Shown here: one piece after another, positions 12,565 through 21,906 of the stretch
How the letters are laid out: the number at the start of each line of letters is the position of its first letter
Numbering within the stretch: position 1 is the stretch's first letter
DNA from: Trichinella spiralis
Taxonomy: Eukaryota
Length of the DNA: 21,906 nucleotides
Direction of reading: 5' to 3'
Assembly: GCF_000181795.1 (NCBI RefSeq)
Contig: NW_003526947.1
Coordinates: 189,960-211,865, forward strand
Position numbers and translations under genes: made by a program
The notes under the pieces: generated by a model
What the model saw: only the letters and a program-made list of their open reading frames with translations
Told to the model about the DNA's origin: nothing
The model's database searches: none

Positions 12565-15500
12565 GTATTTATTTATCTATATGATTTCCTTTTACATGTA
12601 TGATTATAATTTATGTATAACTTGACAATATTCAAGTGTTGGACACTTATCTTGGTATTCATGTTGTGCCGCCGATGAAGCGAGAGAAATTGACTTTTTT
12701 ACCGACATTATAAGAAAATTATCTCGTTGTTATCCCGCTTTATGAGAGGCATTTATTTTATTCGTTTTCCAACGAGCACTGAAGTTGTTTAAATATTTGT
12801 TTTACCGTCCATACTAACTGATGCCTGAATTAAAATAACATGTATAAATAAAAAAAAGAGTTATTCACTGAAGATGGTTTTTTTAATTATTAAGTATTAT
12901 CAGAAGAGAAATTGTAATTGTTCAATTTTTGATAACAACTGAAGTGCATTCATTTATTTGAAACTAAATTTTATGCATATATTTATTTATTTTCTTCGTG
13001 CGTCATTGTATTCATTAAAATTATTAAATAGCAGTGACGTGAAAGTGTGCAGCCGAATGTTGTTGAATGAAAATTTCACAAGTGAATTGTGGTGGGTGTT
13101 GAGCACAACAACAATGTGATAACATTTCAATTGAAAATTGTACAAATAATAATAATAATAATATGCTAATTTGACAAATAAATTATGTGAGCTGTTTTTA
13201 ATTTTTTCAATGAAAATAACAATCTTCCCAAGTTGAATCAAATCAATAATAATAATTGGATAACTGACTGGGTGATTTTTCAAGTAAAAATGTTCAATAA
13301 GCGATGAACGTTCTAGCAGAAGAATAGAAGAGATAAAACAGTTTTGTTAAAATAAAATCTTGATGTTGTCAGTTCAAATTGGCGAAATTTTTCTAAACAA
13401 AAGTGAAATAAAGAAAAGGCAAATTTGCATATCAAAAAACAGAGTGTAAGTTGAAGAGAATTATTTAAAAGAAGAAGTAGAATGGAATAATTTTGCTTTA
13501 CATAAATAAAATGGCCGCAGCGTTAAGAAAGTATATTTCATTGTGTGAAATGATTGTAATGGGAAAAAAATTGAATGAGATAACTGACTGATTCAACAGT
13601 GGAAAGATGTGTATTGAATAAACAAATGTTGAATAAAATATTTTTGGTGGAAAGTGGATTTTAAATTGGCTGTTGTTGTTGTTGTTGCGTGATAACAGAC
13701 AGCAGCATAACGCAGATGCAAAAGTGATATCTACCGCCCAACCGACGCGCCAAAAAGCAGCAACGGCCATTAAAAGCCGACGATTGCTTACTAAAAGCAA
13801 CGAACGTTAAGTGCTTTTTCTTTTTTGTTTTATTTTTATTTTGATATTAGCAAAATTGCTATAGCCAGATGTGTGTTCTTTGTATTGAATGGAGAACGCG
13901 AATTCTTCAGCTTACACTACTATTGTTGTTGTTGTTGTTGTTGTTGTGCGTATGCAGAAATTTGGCGGGAAAAAGTTTTTCAACCAACTTCATTCAATAT
14001 AGGATAAATTTTTAATTCAATTTTTTTCACTTTTATTTGTGAAATTGAATAAGAATATATTTCAATTTAAAAATCAAATTTTGCATAAAAAACAGTAATG
14101 ATTATTCTCGTAGAGAAGCGAAATGGAATGAACGAATGATACAGAATGTAATCAATGACCCTGATGAATGTTGGTTAGCCAGGGTCGAATTGTTAGGGAC
14201 TTTGGGAAATAAGCTTCTTTTTTTTCAATGGAAAAAGCTGTGTTTGTTGCGTGCGGTTCGGGGTCGACAGTTTGGCCCAATTCTGGTGCCCACCGGGGCC
14301 ATCTAATCCAACCAGGCAGCTGGCGATGATCCTTGACCCATCCTGGACCGTGAATTTAGACTTCACGTCGCCGGACAATTTTCCAAGCGTCAGATGGCGA
14401 CGAAACCCCGCGGCGAGCCGTTTGTCAAACGTTGACCGCTACACATCAACATTTACAGTATGACGAGACATGGGAGAGGGGGCATGGGTTGGGGTGAGTT
14501 GGATTTTCTGACATGAGGATAAAATGCATATGCAGAAATAGAAATGCCAGTATAACGACGGATCGAAGAGAAAAATAATTTTCCTCCACCAGCTGCTGTT
14601 TGGGTTGAAGGAACAAAAAAAAGAAAGAGAAAAAGCCACGACACTACCGGTGACCTTGGCCAAGCAGTTGTGGAAATTATCATCTTGGCCATGTCATTCG
14701 ACATTCAAAACGGAACTCATTTGTCATCGTTGTTGCTGATGGCGAAAATTCAAAATTACCACAAAATTATCTATCATTTATGAAAATTTTTGAATACTTT
14801 TTGTCCAGTAAAATGACAAATTTCTTTTCCAACTTTTTCAAATTCAACAACTTCAATACCAATGATTATCACTTTTAATCAACAATTCGGCAGTCTATGT
14901 GAATGCTTTTGTTATTTCATTTTCATGTATTTATTTTATATGAAAATCAAATTTAACATCTGATTTTATGAAGGTTTTGAATTAAATTTTAAAAATATTC
15001 TTTGAAGAATTTCAAAAATAATTGAAAAGTTAAACTTTTTATTAATGGAGATGTACTATTTAAAAAAAATATTCAAAAAGCACTTTTTTAAAAATTTATT
15101 TCAAAAATTGCACAATGTTTATTTGATCAGCAGAATTGGCAATCTGCCAACTTTTTGCTAGTAATTCTATCATCGTCGTTGAATAACTTCTTTCTTTCAT
15201 TTGCTGCTTATTTCACTTTATCATGCTTTATTGAATCAAATATTTCTTTTATCATCATCAGCAATAATGCATAATTACACAATTTTTCCAACTTTACTAC
15301 ATACTTCTACATAACGAATAGATTTTAAATAACATACCATCAATGTTATGCAAAATTGTATGTTGATGAAATATTTAATACATAATTTTGTAGTATAATT
15401 GAAAAGTTTTTGAAAATTATCATAATTAATACGAACAATTCTTAAACTTCAATGCGAAATCGGTGCATTGTTGATAAGAAAATCAATAAAAAATATTACA

Positions 15501-15966
15501 CGCAATTTTTGAACTTGATTACTTTTAAATACAATATTCATTTTATCAAAAATCTGCGTCCGCTTTGGCGTGTGAAACGAAGCGTATCGTGTTAAGAAGA
15601 AAATAGTTATTTTTTATTTCATTTAATAAATTTATTTATTAATAATTTTACATTTTATCCGCTAAACATCCCTGTTTACTGTAACTTTCGTATATTGAAG
15701 TGGTTAAAAAATTTGCAATTTAAAATCGACCAAAAATATCAAATAATTAATTAATTTCAAAATAGAAAGTGGACCTATGATGTCGGCTTAATTTTGTTTG
15801 TTTATATAAATGTCAAGCCGATAGTGTGTACACAAATTCCACCCTATATTAGTATTTGTGCGGAACACTGTTTACATATCAATTTCAATCATAAAATGAA
15901 ATTTATTTAGAAGAACTCCAAAGTATTCAAATTTAGAAGTGCATGAGTGGACTATGGAATGAAAAC

Positions 15967-16233
15967 CGTTGAGTTTTAGCTAGTTTGATCTGTATTATCA
16001 CGTAAATCGAGACAACAGAAGTAAGGTCAGGTAACACGAGCACTGTAGCTAGAGATAGGATTCAAAGAAGCACAACAAATAAATAAACCTCATTGAGTTT
16101 ATTAATACGCAAGGTAGTTCACACGCACACACACACACACACACACCATATATCTATACATATCCACACGTTAGTGCAGCATAATGAATGTAATGTTTCA
16201 CCATGAATTGTTTCTTTCATCAACACTTCCTCT
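15967..16233 (-). mobile_element. Putative polypurine tract and 3' LTR of the copia remnant
   Basis: Minus strand AGAGGAAG (16233-16226) is immediately followed by TGTTGA (from 16225). There is an internal AATAAA (about 16103-16098) and a candidate end TCAACG at 15972-15967, one mismatch from TCAACA. No second LTR is present in the window to confirm it. Confidence 0.55.
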
Positions 16234-16278
16234 AACAATTCATGTGCTTGGAAACAATTCCCAACTGTTGACGCAAAT

Positions 16279-16649
16279 TTTGTCCACAAACAGTATCGGT
16301 TTCTGCTTCAATACTGTGACGTCAGCAAATATTGTCATCAGCCACATCATGTCTTTTGCGGCTCACTGGCAGCGGCATATTTTACCTCGGTTGTTGGCAG
16401 TGCCATCTGCAGTAAGATGCATAGTCCAGGGGTCCTTGCTTTATTTACGACTCCTTTTTCATCACGGCAAGGAATTGTTCCATCTAGTCGGTGTCAAAAT
16501 CAGCCACAATTCCATTATCGACATAAATCGTCATAAGCAATTTTGATCTTACTTTTAGGCAAACAAACAGACAAGGGTCTGTCTTTCAGATCTTGTTTTC
16601 TGAGGAACTCCAAAAATCTCAGGTTCCAGCAGCGGGGAGCCTGCTTCAG
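16279..16649 (-). mobile_element. Degenerate Ty1/copia LTR-retrotransposon pol fragment (RT and RNase H), pseudogenised
   Basis: Minus-strand translation across frameshifts and stops gives LKQAPRCWN...DPCLFV...LLMTIYVDNGIVA (YVDD to YVDN, 16525-16514)...MKKES*IKQGPLDY, then ALPTTEVKYAAASE...KDMMWL...PILFVDK. These correspond to the copia motifs LYGLKQAPRxW, DPCLY, YVDD, ALSTTEAEY and KE.IWL...VDN. Confidence 0.88.
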
Positions 16650-16693
16650 GGGTAGACCCCGAGTATACATCAAAAACATGCCGCTTCACACTT

Positions 16694-16747
16694 TGATTGG
16701 TTGTAAATTTTGGGTAGAACTCTGATTGGTTATAAATTTTATTGGTT
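16694..16747. repeat. Short 29-bp-period duplication containing three ATTGG (CCAAT) motifs
   Basis: TGATTGGTTGTAAATTTT at 16694, TGATTGGTTATAAATTTT at 16723 and ATTGGTT at 16741. Confidence 0.7.
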
Positions 16748-17804
16748 TACACGGCGGCTAAATTTGATTATTTGTTGTTGCGATGAATTGTACTCGCTGT
16801 TCGGAATCAAAATTTCACTGGTTGTCATTTTCATGCATTCTATTTGCCAAATTTTGGTTTTTTTTTCATGGTCACTTTTTTATTCTAAGCTTTACAGTTT
16901 ATTTTTTACACGTAGATTAGCTAAACTATACGTTTAAAAGCTGACTAGCAATATAAAATTATAAGTTTATTAACAAATTTGCTTGTAGCTTCATTTTTGT
17001 GTATTATTATATTCATAAAACTGCTGATCAGATCTAAGAAATTCGCTTTACTTTAATTTAAACTGACTTAGTTTATTGCGTGCATACTATTCAGCATTTC
17101 AAAGACTTTGTTCAAAAGTGCTTTCTATTAATTGTTTTTTTAATTTGATGAAGTTAAATATAAGTTCAAATAAAAGTATAAATTGAATTTAGAAGTTATG
17201 GATGCTATTAGTAAGAAAGATCACGTGGATTCACCATTTCACAGAATTTCATAAATAATTAATTGTAATTAATTTTAGCACATAAATATCATAAAATAGT
17301 AAAGCTTCGAATATCAGAAAACTGACCATTAACAAGAAATCAAACTTTGACAAATAGCACGCATTACAATGACAACCAGCAAAAATTTAGGTTAGCGACA
17401 ACGAATAAAGCTCATCGCAACAGCATCTATTGAAATTTAGCCTGCATGAAAACCAATGCAATGTAAGGCTAATCAAATGTCGAGCGGCATGCCTTTGAAG
17501 TAAACTCGGGGAATAGACCATTTTCGCAACCGCAGTCATATCAGTCAACAGCTTGTCAAGTCAATTAGATCAGATCATTTAGCTGAAATAAGCATTTTTA
17601 GTTGAAAGCTTGTAAATAATAGCATGAATATCAACATTTCTCTTCACCAAAGAAATACAATGGGAATACCAGCCTAATATAGTGAAAATAGGCATAAAAA
17701 TATGCAAAAAATGGAAAAAGCCATATATCAATTTCTTTTAGCTTTCGTAAATGCTGCTTCGTGATCAGGATTCATTTTGTTGTATATTCTCAAAATTTAT
17801 TGTG

Positions 17805-17808
17805 AAAA
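17805..17808 (-). terminator. Putative Pol III oligo-T terminator (repeated in every unit)
   Basis: First T4 run on the minus strand after the A/B boxes; it directly follows the 3' strand of the closing helix (GACCCC-TTTT). Confidence 0.5.
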
Positions 17809-17999
17809 GGGGTCCTAGGGTTGGGAACGTCCCAAACCCTGTTTTGAGCATTAGAGCTTTTGCTTGTTGGCTCTACTCTCGGTCATTGCGCTGCGCTGTA
17901 CGCCGCAATTTTCTTTTTTCATATCAGGACTCGAACCCCGATATAACAACTCTGCACAACCCCAGGCAAGTGATACGCTTATGCCACGTTCACTGCCCC
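17805..17999 (-). ncRNA. Candidate structured RNA polymerase III transcript (unassigned family or tRNA-derived SINE-like), copy 1
   Basis: A-box TGGCATAAGCG (17986-17976), B-box GGTTCGAGTCC (17937-17927), TTTT at 17808-17805, upstream TTTATATA (18028-18021), five hairpins and a closing helix. Confidence 0.65.
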
Positions 18000-18020
18000 A
18001 CTGAAATGAAAAATAAATTG

Positions 18021-18028
18021 TATATAAA
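18021..18028 (-). promoter_or_regulatory. TATA-like element about 22-29 nt upstream of the candidate RNA start (repeated in every unit)
   Basis: Minus strand TTTATATA. The position fits a Pol III upstream TATA, but the region is AT-rich so a chance match is possible. Confidence 0.4.
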
Positions 18029-18934
18029 GGAGAAACAATGCATAAATTATACTTTTAAAATATTTAAAATATCTCTTGATAATTTTTAATTTTTTAAAAA
18101 CAAATTTAATGTGAGTTACAAAGTTAATAAATTAAAATATTAAAATGATATTTTTATTATTAAAATGAAGAAATATATTGAGAAATGAATTTTTTCAACT
18201 GCAATAATGATTCATTATATATATATTTTTTGGTTTAACATTTTCTGTCACAACAATATAATGTAATATAATATAATATAATATAATACATATATATACA
18301 TTTATATATATATACATTCCCCTAATTTTTAAACAGAAAAAATACAGTTAGACTTTTTCATCTTGAACCACAAGATTTTTTTAACCTTGGATGCCTAGCA
18401 ATTTGCGACTGATTATTAAAAAAATTCAACTAGTTTAAATCTGTTTGATTTTTAAAAGGCACCGATCAATAAGACTGAAAAGATAAGAAGTATTAGAGTG
18501 TAAGCGGATAGATTTAGTGATTTATGTGAATATCCCATTAACAATAAAACAAAATAAAAACCAAATTAGGTGTGCATTGCAAGTAATAGGGATGGAATAA
18601 GCGTTTCACAGTGAACACACAACGGCAAAAGTAACAACGAGCTAAAAAAATTTTTGCAACCGCAGTCATATGAATCATCAGTTTGTCAAGTCAATTAGAT
18701 CAGATCATTTAGCTGAAATAAGCATTTTCAGTTGAAGGCTTGTAAATAATAGCATGAATATCAACATTTCTCTTCACCAAAGAAATACAGTGGGAATACC
18801 AGCCTAATATAGTGAAAATAGGCATAAAAATATGCGAAAAATGGAAAAAGTCATATATCAATTTCTTTTAGCTCTCGTAAATGCTGCTTCGTGATCAGGA
18901 TTCATTTTGTTGTATATTCTCAAAATTTATTGTG

Positions 18935-19129
18935 AAAAGGGATCCTAGGGTTGGGAACGTCCCAAACCCTGTTTTGTGTATTAGAGCTTCTGCTTGTTAG
19001 CTCTACTCACGGTCATTGCGCTGCGCTGTACGCCGCAATTTTCTTTTTTCATATCAGGACTCGAACCCCGATATAACAACTCTGCACAACCCCAGGCAAG
19101 TGATACGTTTACGCCACGTTCACTGCCCC
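18935..19129 (-). ncRNA. Candidate structured Pol III RNA, copy 2
   Basis: Same cassette 1130 bp downstream; A-box TGGCGTAAACG, B-box GGTTCGAGTCC, GGATCCCTTTT end. Confidence 0.65.
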
Positions 19130-20064
19130 ACTGAAATGAAAAATAAATTGTATATAAAGGAGAAACAATGCATAAATTATACTTTTAAAATATTTAAAAT
19201 ATCTCTTGATAATTTTTAATTTTTTAAAAACAAATTTAATATGAATTACAAAGTTAATAAATTAAAATATTAAAATGATATTTTTATTATTAAAATGAAG
19301 AAATATATTGAGAAATGAATTTTTTCAACTGCAATAATGATTCATTATATATATATTTTTTGGTTTAACATTTTCTGTCACAACAATATAATGTAATATA
19401 ATATAATATAATATAATACATATATATACATTTATATATATATACATTCCCCTAATTTTTAAACAGAAAAAATACAGTTAGACTTTTTCATCTTGAACCA
19501 CAAGATTTTTTTAACCTTGGATGCCTAGCAATTTGCGACTGATTATTAAAAAAATTCAACTAGTTTAAATCTGTTTGATTTTTAAAAGGCACCGATCAAT
19601 AAGACTGAAAAGATAAGAAGTATTAGAGTGTAAGCGGATAGATTTAGTGATTTATGTGAATATCCCATTAACAATAAAACAAAATAAAAACCAAATTAGG
19701 TGTGCATTGCAAGTAATAGGGATGGAATAAGCGTTTCACAGTGAACACACAACGGCAAAAGTAACAACGAGCTAAAAAAATTTTTGCAACCGCAGTCATA
19801 TGAATCATCAGTTTGTCAAGTCAATTAGAACAGATCATTTAGCTGAAATAAGCATTTTCAGTTGAAGGCTTGTAAATAATAGCATGAATATCAACATTTC
19901 TCTTCACCAAAAAAATACAGTGGGAATACCAGCCTAATATAGTGAAAATAGGCATAAAAATATGCAAAAAATGGAAAAAGTCATATATCAATTTCTTTTA
20001 GCTCTCGTAAATGCTGCTTCGTGATCAGGATTCATTTTGTTGTATATTCTCAAAATTTATTGTG

Positions 20065-20259
20065 AAAAGGGATCCTAGGGTTGGGAACGTCCCAAACCCT
20101 GTTTTGTGTATTAGAGCTTTTGCTTGTTAGCTCTACTCACGGTCATTGCGCTGCGCTGTACGCCGCAATTTTCTTTTTTCATATCAGGACTCGAACCCCG
20201 ATATAACAACTCTGCACAACCCCAGGCAAGTGATACGTTTACGCCACGTTCACTGCCCC
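20065..20259 (-). ncRNA. Candidate structured Pol III RNA, copy 3
   Basis: Same cassette; differs from copy 2 at one hairpin-loop position (20120). Confidence 0.65.
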
Positions 20260-21194
20260 ACTGAAATGAAAAATAAATTGTATATAAAGGAGAAACAATG
20301 CATAAATTATACTTTTAAAATATTTAAAATATCTCTTGATAATTTTTAATTTTTTAAAAACAAATTTAATATGAATTACAAAGTTAATAAATTAAAATAT
20401 TAAAATGATATTTTTATTATTAAAATGAAGAAATATATTGAGAAATGAATTTTTTCAACTGCAATAATGATTCATTATATATATATTTTTTGGTTTAACA
20501 TTTTCTGTCACAACAATATAATGTAATATAATATAATATAATATAATACATATATATACATTTATATATATATACATTCCCCTAATTTTTAAACAGAAAA
20601 AGTACAGTTAGACTTTTTCATCTTGAACCAGAAGATTTTTTTAACTTTGGATGCCTAGCAATTTGCGACTGATTATTAAAAAAATTCAACTAGTTTAAAT
20701 CTGTTTGATTTTTAAAAGGCACCGATCAATAAGACTGAAAAGATAAGAAGTATTAGAGTGTAAGCGGATAGATTTAGTGATTTATGTGAATATCCCATTA
20801 ACAATAAAACAAAATAAAAACCAAATTAGGTGTGCATTGCAAGTAATAGGGATGGAATAAGCGTTTCACAGTGAACACACAACGGCAAAAGTAACAACGA
20901 GCTAAAAAAATTTTTGCAACCGCAGTCATATGAATCATCAGTTTGTCAAGTCAATTAGATCAGATCGTTTAGCTGAAATAAGCATTTTCAGTTGAAGGCT
21001 TGTAAATAATAGCATGAATATCAACATTTCTCTTCACCAAAGAAATGCAGTGGGAATACCAGCCTAATATAGTGAAAATAGGCATAAAAATATGCAAAAA
21101 ATGGAAAAAGTCATATATCAATTTCTTTTAGCTCTCGTAAATGCTGCTTCGTGATGAGGATTCATTTTGTTGTATATTCTCAAAATTTATTGTG

Positions 21195-21389
21195 AAAAGG
21201 GATCCTAGGGTTGGGAACGTCCCAAACCCTGTTTTGTGTATTAGAGCTTCTGCTTGTTAGCTCTACTCACGGTCATTGCGCTGCGCTGTACGCCGCAATT
21301 TTCTTTTTTCATATCAGGACTCGAACCCCGATATAACAACTCTGCACAACCCCAGGCAAGTGATACGTTTACGCCACGTTCACTGCCCC
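21195..21389 (-). ncRNA. Candidate structured Pol III RNA, copy 4
   Basis: Same cassette; identical to copy 2 by eye. Confidence 0.65.
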
Positions 21390-21906
21390 ACTGAAATGAA
21401 AAATAAATTGTATATAAAGGAGAAACAATGCATAAATTATACTTTTAAAATATTTAAAATATCTCTTGATAATTTTTAATTTTTTAAAAACAAATTTAAT
21501 ATGAATTACAAAGTTAATAAATTAAAATATTAAAATGATATTTTTATTATTAAAATGAAGAAATATATTGAGAAATGAATTTTTTCAACTGCAATAATGA
21601 TTCATTATATATATATTTTTTGGTTTAACATTTTCTGTCACAACAATATAATGTAATATAATATAATATAATATAATACATATATATACATTTATATATA
21701 TATACATTCCCCTAATTTTTAAACAGAAAAAATACAGTTAGACTTTTTCATCTTGAACCACAAGATTTTTTTTACCTTGGATGCCTACCAATTTTGCGAC
21801 TGATTATAAAAAAAATTCAACTATTTAAATCTGTTTGATTTTTAAAAGGCTCCGATCAAATAAGACTGAAAAAATAAAAAGTATTAAAGTGTACCGGATA
21901 GATTTA

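Larger units (their letters stand above)
17521..21906. repeat. Tandem array of 1130-bp units (three complete, one partial; continues off the window)
   Basis: Identical landmarks recur at exactly 1130-bp spacing, e.g. ggtcattgcg at 17881, 19011, 20141 and 21271. Units are about 17521-18650, 18651-19780, 19781-20910 and 20911-end. I see no homology to the unit left of about 17521. Confidence 0.98.

Noticed and set aside
14161..14190. Hammerhead or C-box-like CTGATGA
   Set aside because: It is followed by GAAT rather than GAAA, has no stem II, and has no nearby D box.
16184..16546. 120-aa plus-strand ORF
   Set aside because: It is the antisense shadow of the copia pol remnant.
17817..17823. 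Telomerase template-like AACCCUA in the candidate RNA
   Set aside because: It covers only one repeat plus one base, sits in a stem near the 3' end, and the host telomere motif is unknown.
17829..17839. Twister-like GTCCCAAACCC, and an HDV-like G-U-initiated first helix on the minus strand
   Set aside because: The required pseudoknot partners and catalytic core elements are absent.
17805..17944. U11-like reading on the plus strand (AAAAGGG start, three hairpins, U-rich tract, terminal hairpin); U6atac-like AAAGGAGA at about 18026
   Set aside because: There is no proper Sm site or further similarity, and most wobble pairs become A-C mismatches on the plus strand.
17757..17971. U1 snRNA-like words on the minus strand: ACTTGCCTGG and GATCACGAAG
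   Set aside because: They are about 200 nt apart rather than about 20, the U1 architecture is missing, and the second word is mutated in copy 4.
17921..17999. A genuine tRNA gene
   Set aside because: A and B boxes are present, but no acceptor stem, anticodon arm or canonical T-stem register can be formed.
17851..18010. Minus-strand TTTCAG acceptor followed by about 49 open codons (WGSERG...), with a GTGAGT donor-like site in copies 2-4
   Set aside because: The donor is absent in copy 1 (GAGAGT), I found no partner exons and the peptide is unrecognisable. The Pol III and structure evidence fits better, but RNA-seq should exclude this reading.
17751..18089. Plus-strand ORF (112 aa; 67-aa versions at 19016, 20146 and 21276) in the repeat unit
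   Set aside because: It has no recognisable domain, the longer frame is interrupted by a stop in the inner copies, and it is antisense to the A/B-box cassette.

Overview
This is AT-rich eukaryotic genomic DNA with short introns and TTTCAG/TTTTAG acceptors; it looks nematode-like, possibly Trichinella-type (inference only). It holds four main elements. (1) The 5' part of a spliced UBAP2/UBAP2L/lingerer (PQN-59-like) gene on the minus strand, with UBA domain and RGG region, running off the left edge. (2) A divergently oriented, complete 10-exon class I bHLH E-protein gene (daughterless/HLH-2-like, about 487 aa) on the plus strand. (3) A decayed, internally deleted Ty1/copia retrotransposon remnant (RT and RNase H motifs, putative PPT and 3' LTR) that the ORF track misses. 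(4) A tandem array of 1130-bp units from about 17521 to the right edge. Each unit carries a GC-richer, about 195-nt minus-strand cassette with an upstream TATA-like box, A-box, B-box, five hairpins, a closing helix and a TTTT terminator. Differences between copies mostly preserve the predicted fold. I cannot assign the cassette to any RNA family I know, so it is the best candidate here for an undescribed system: a tandemly amplified, structured Pol III RNA gene.
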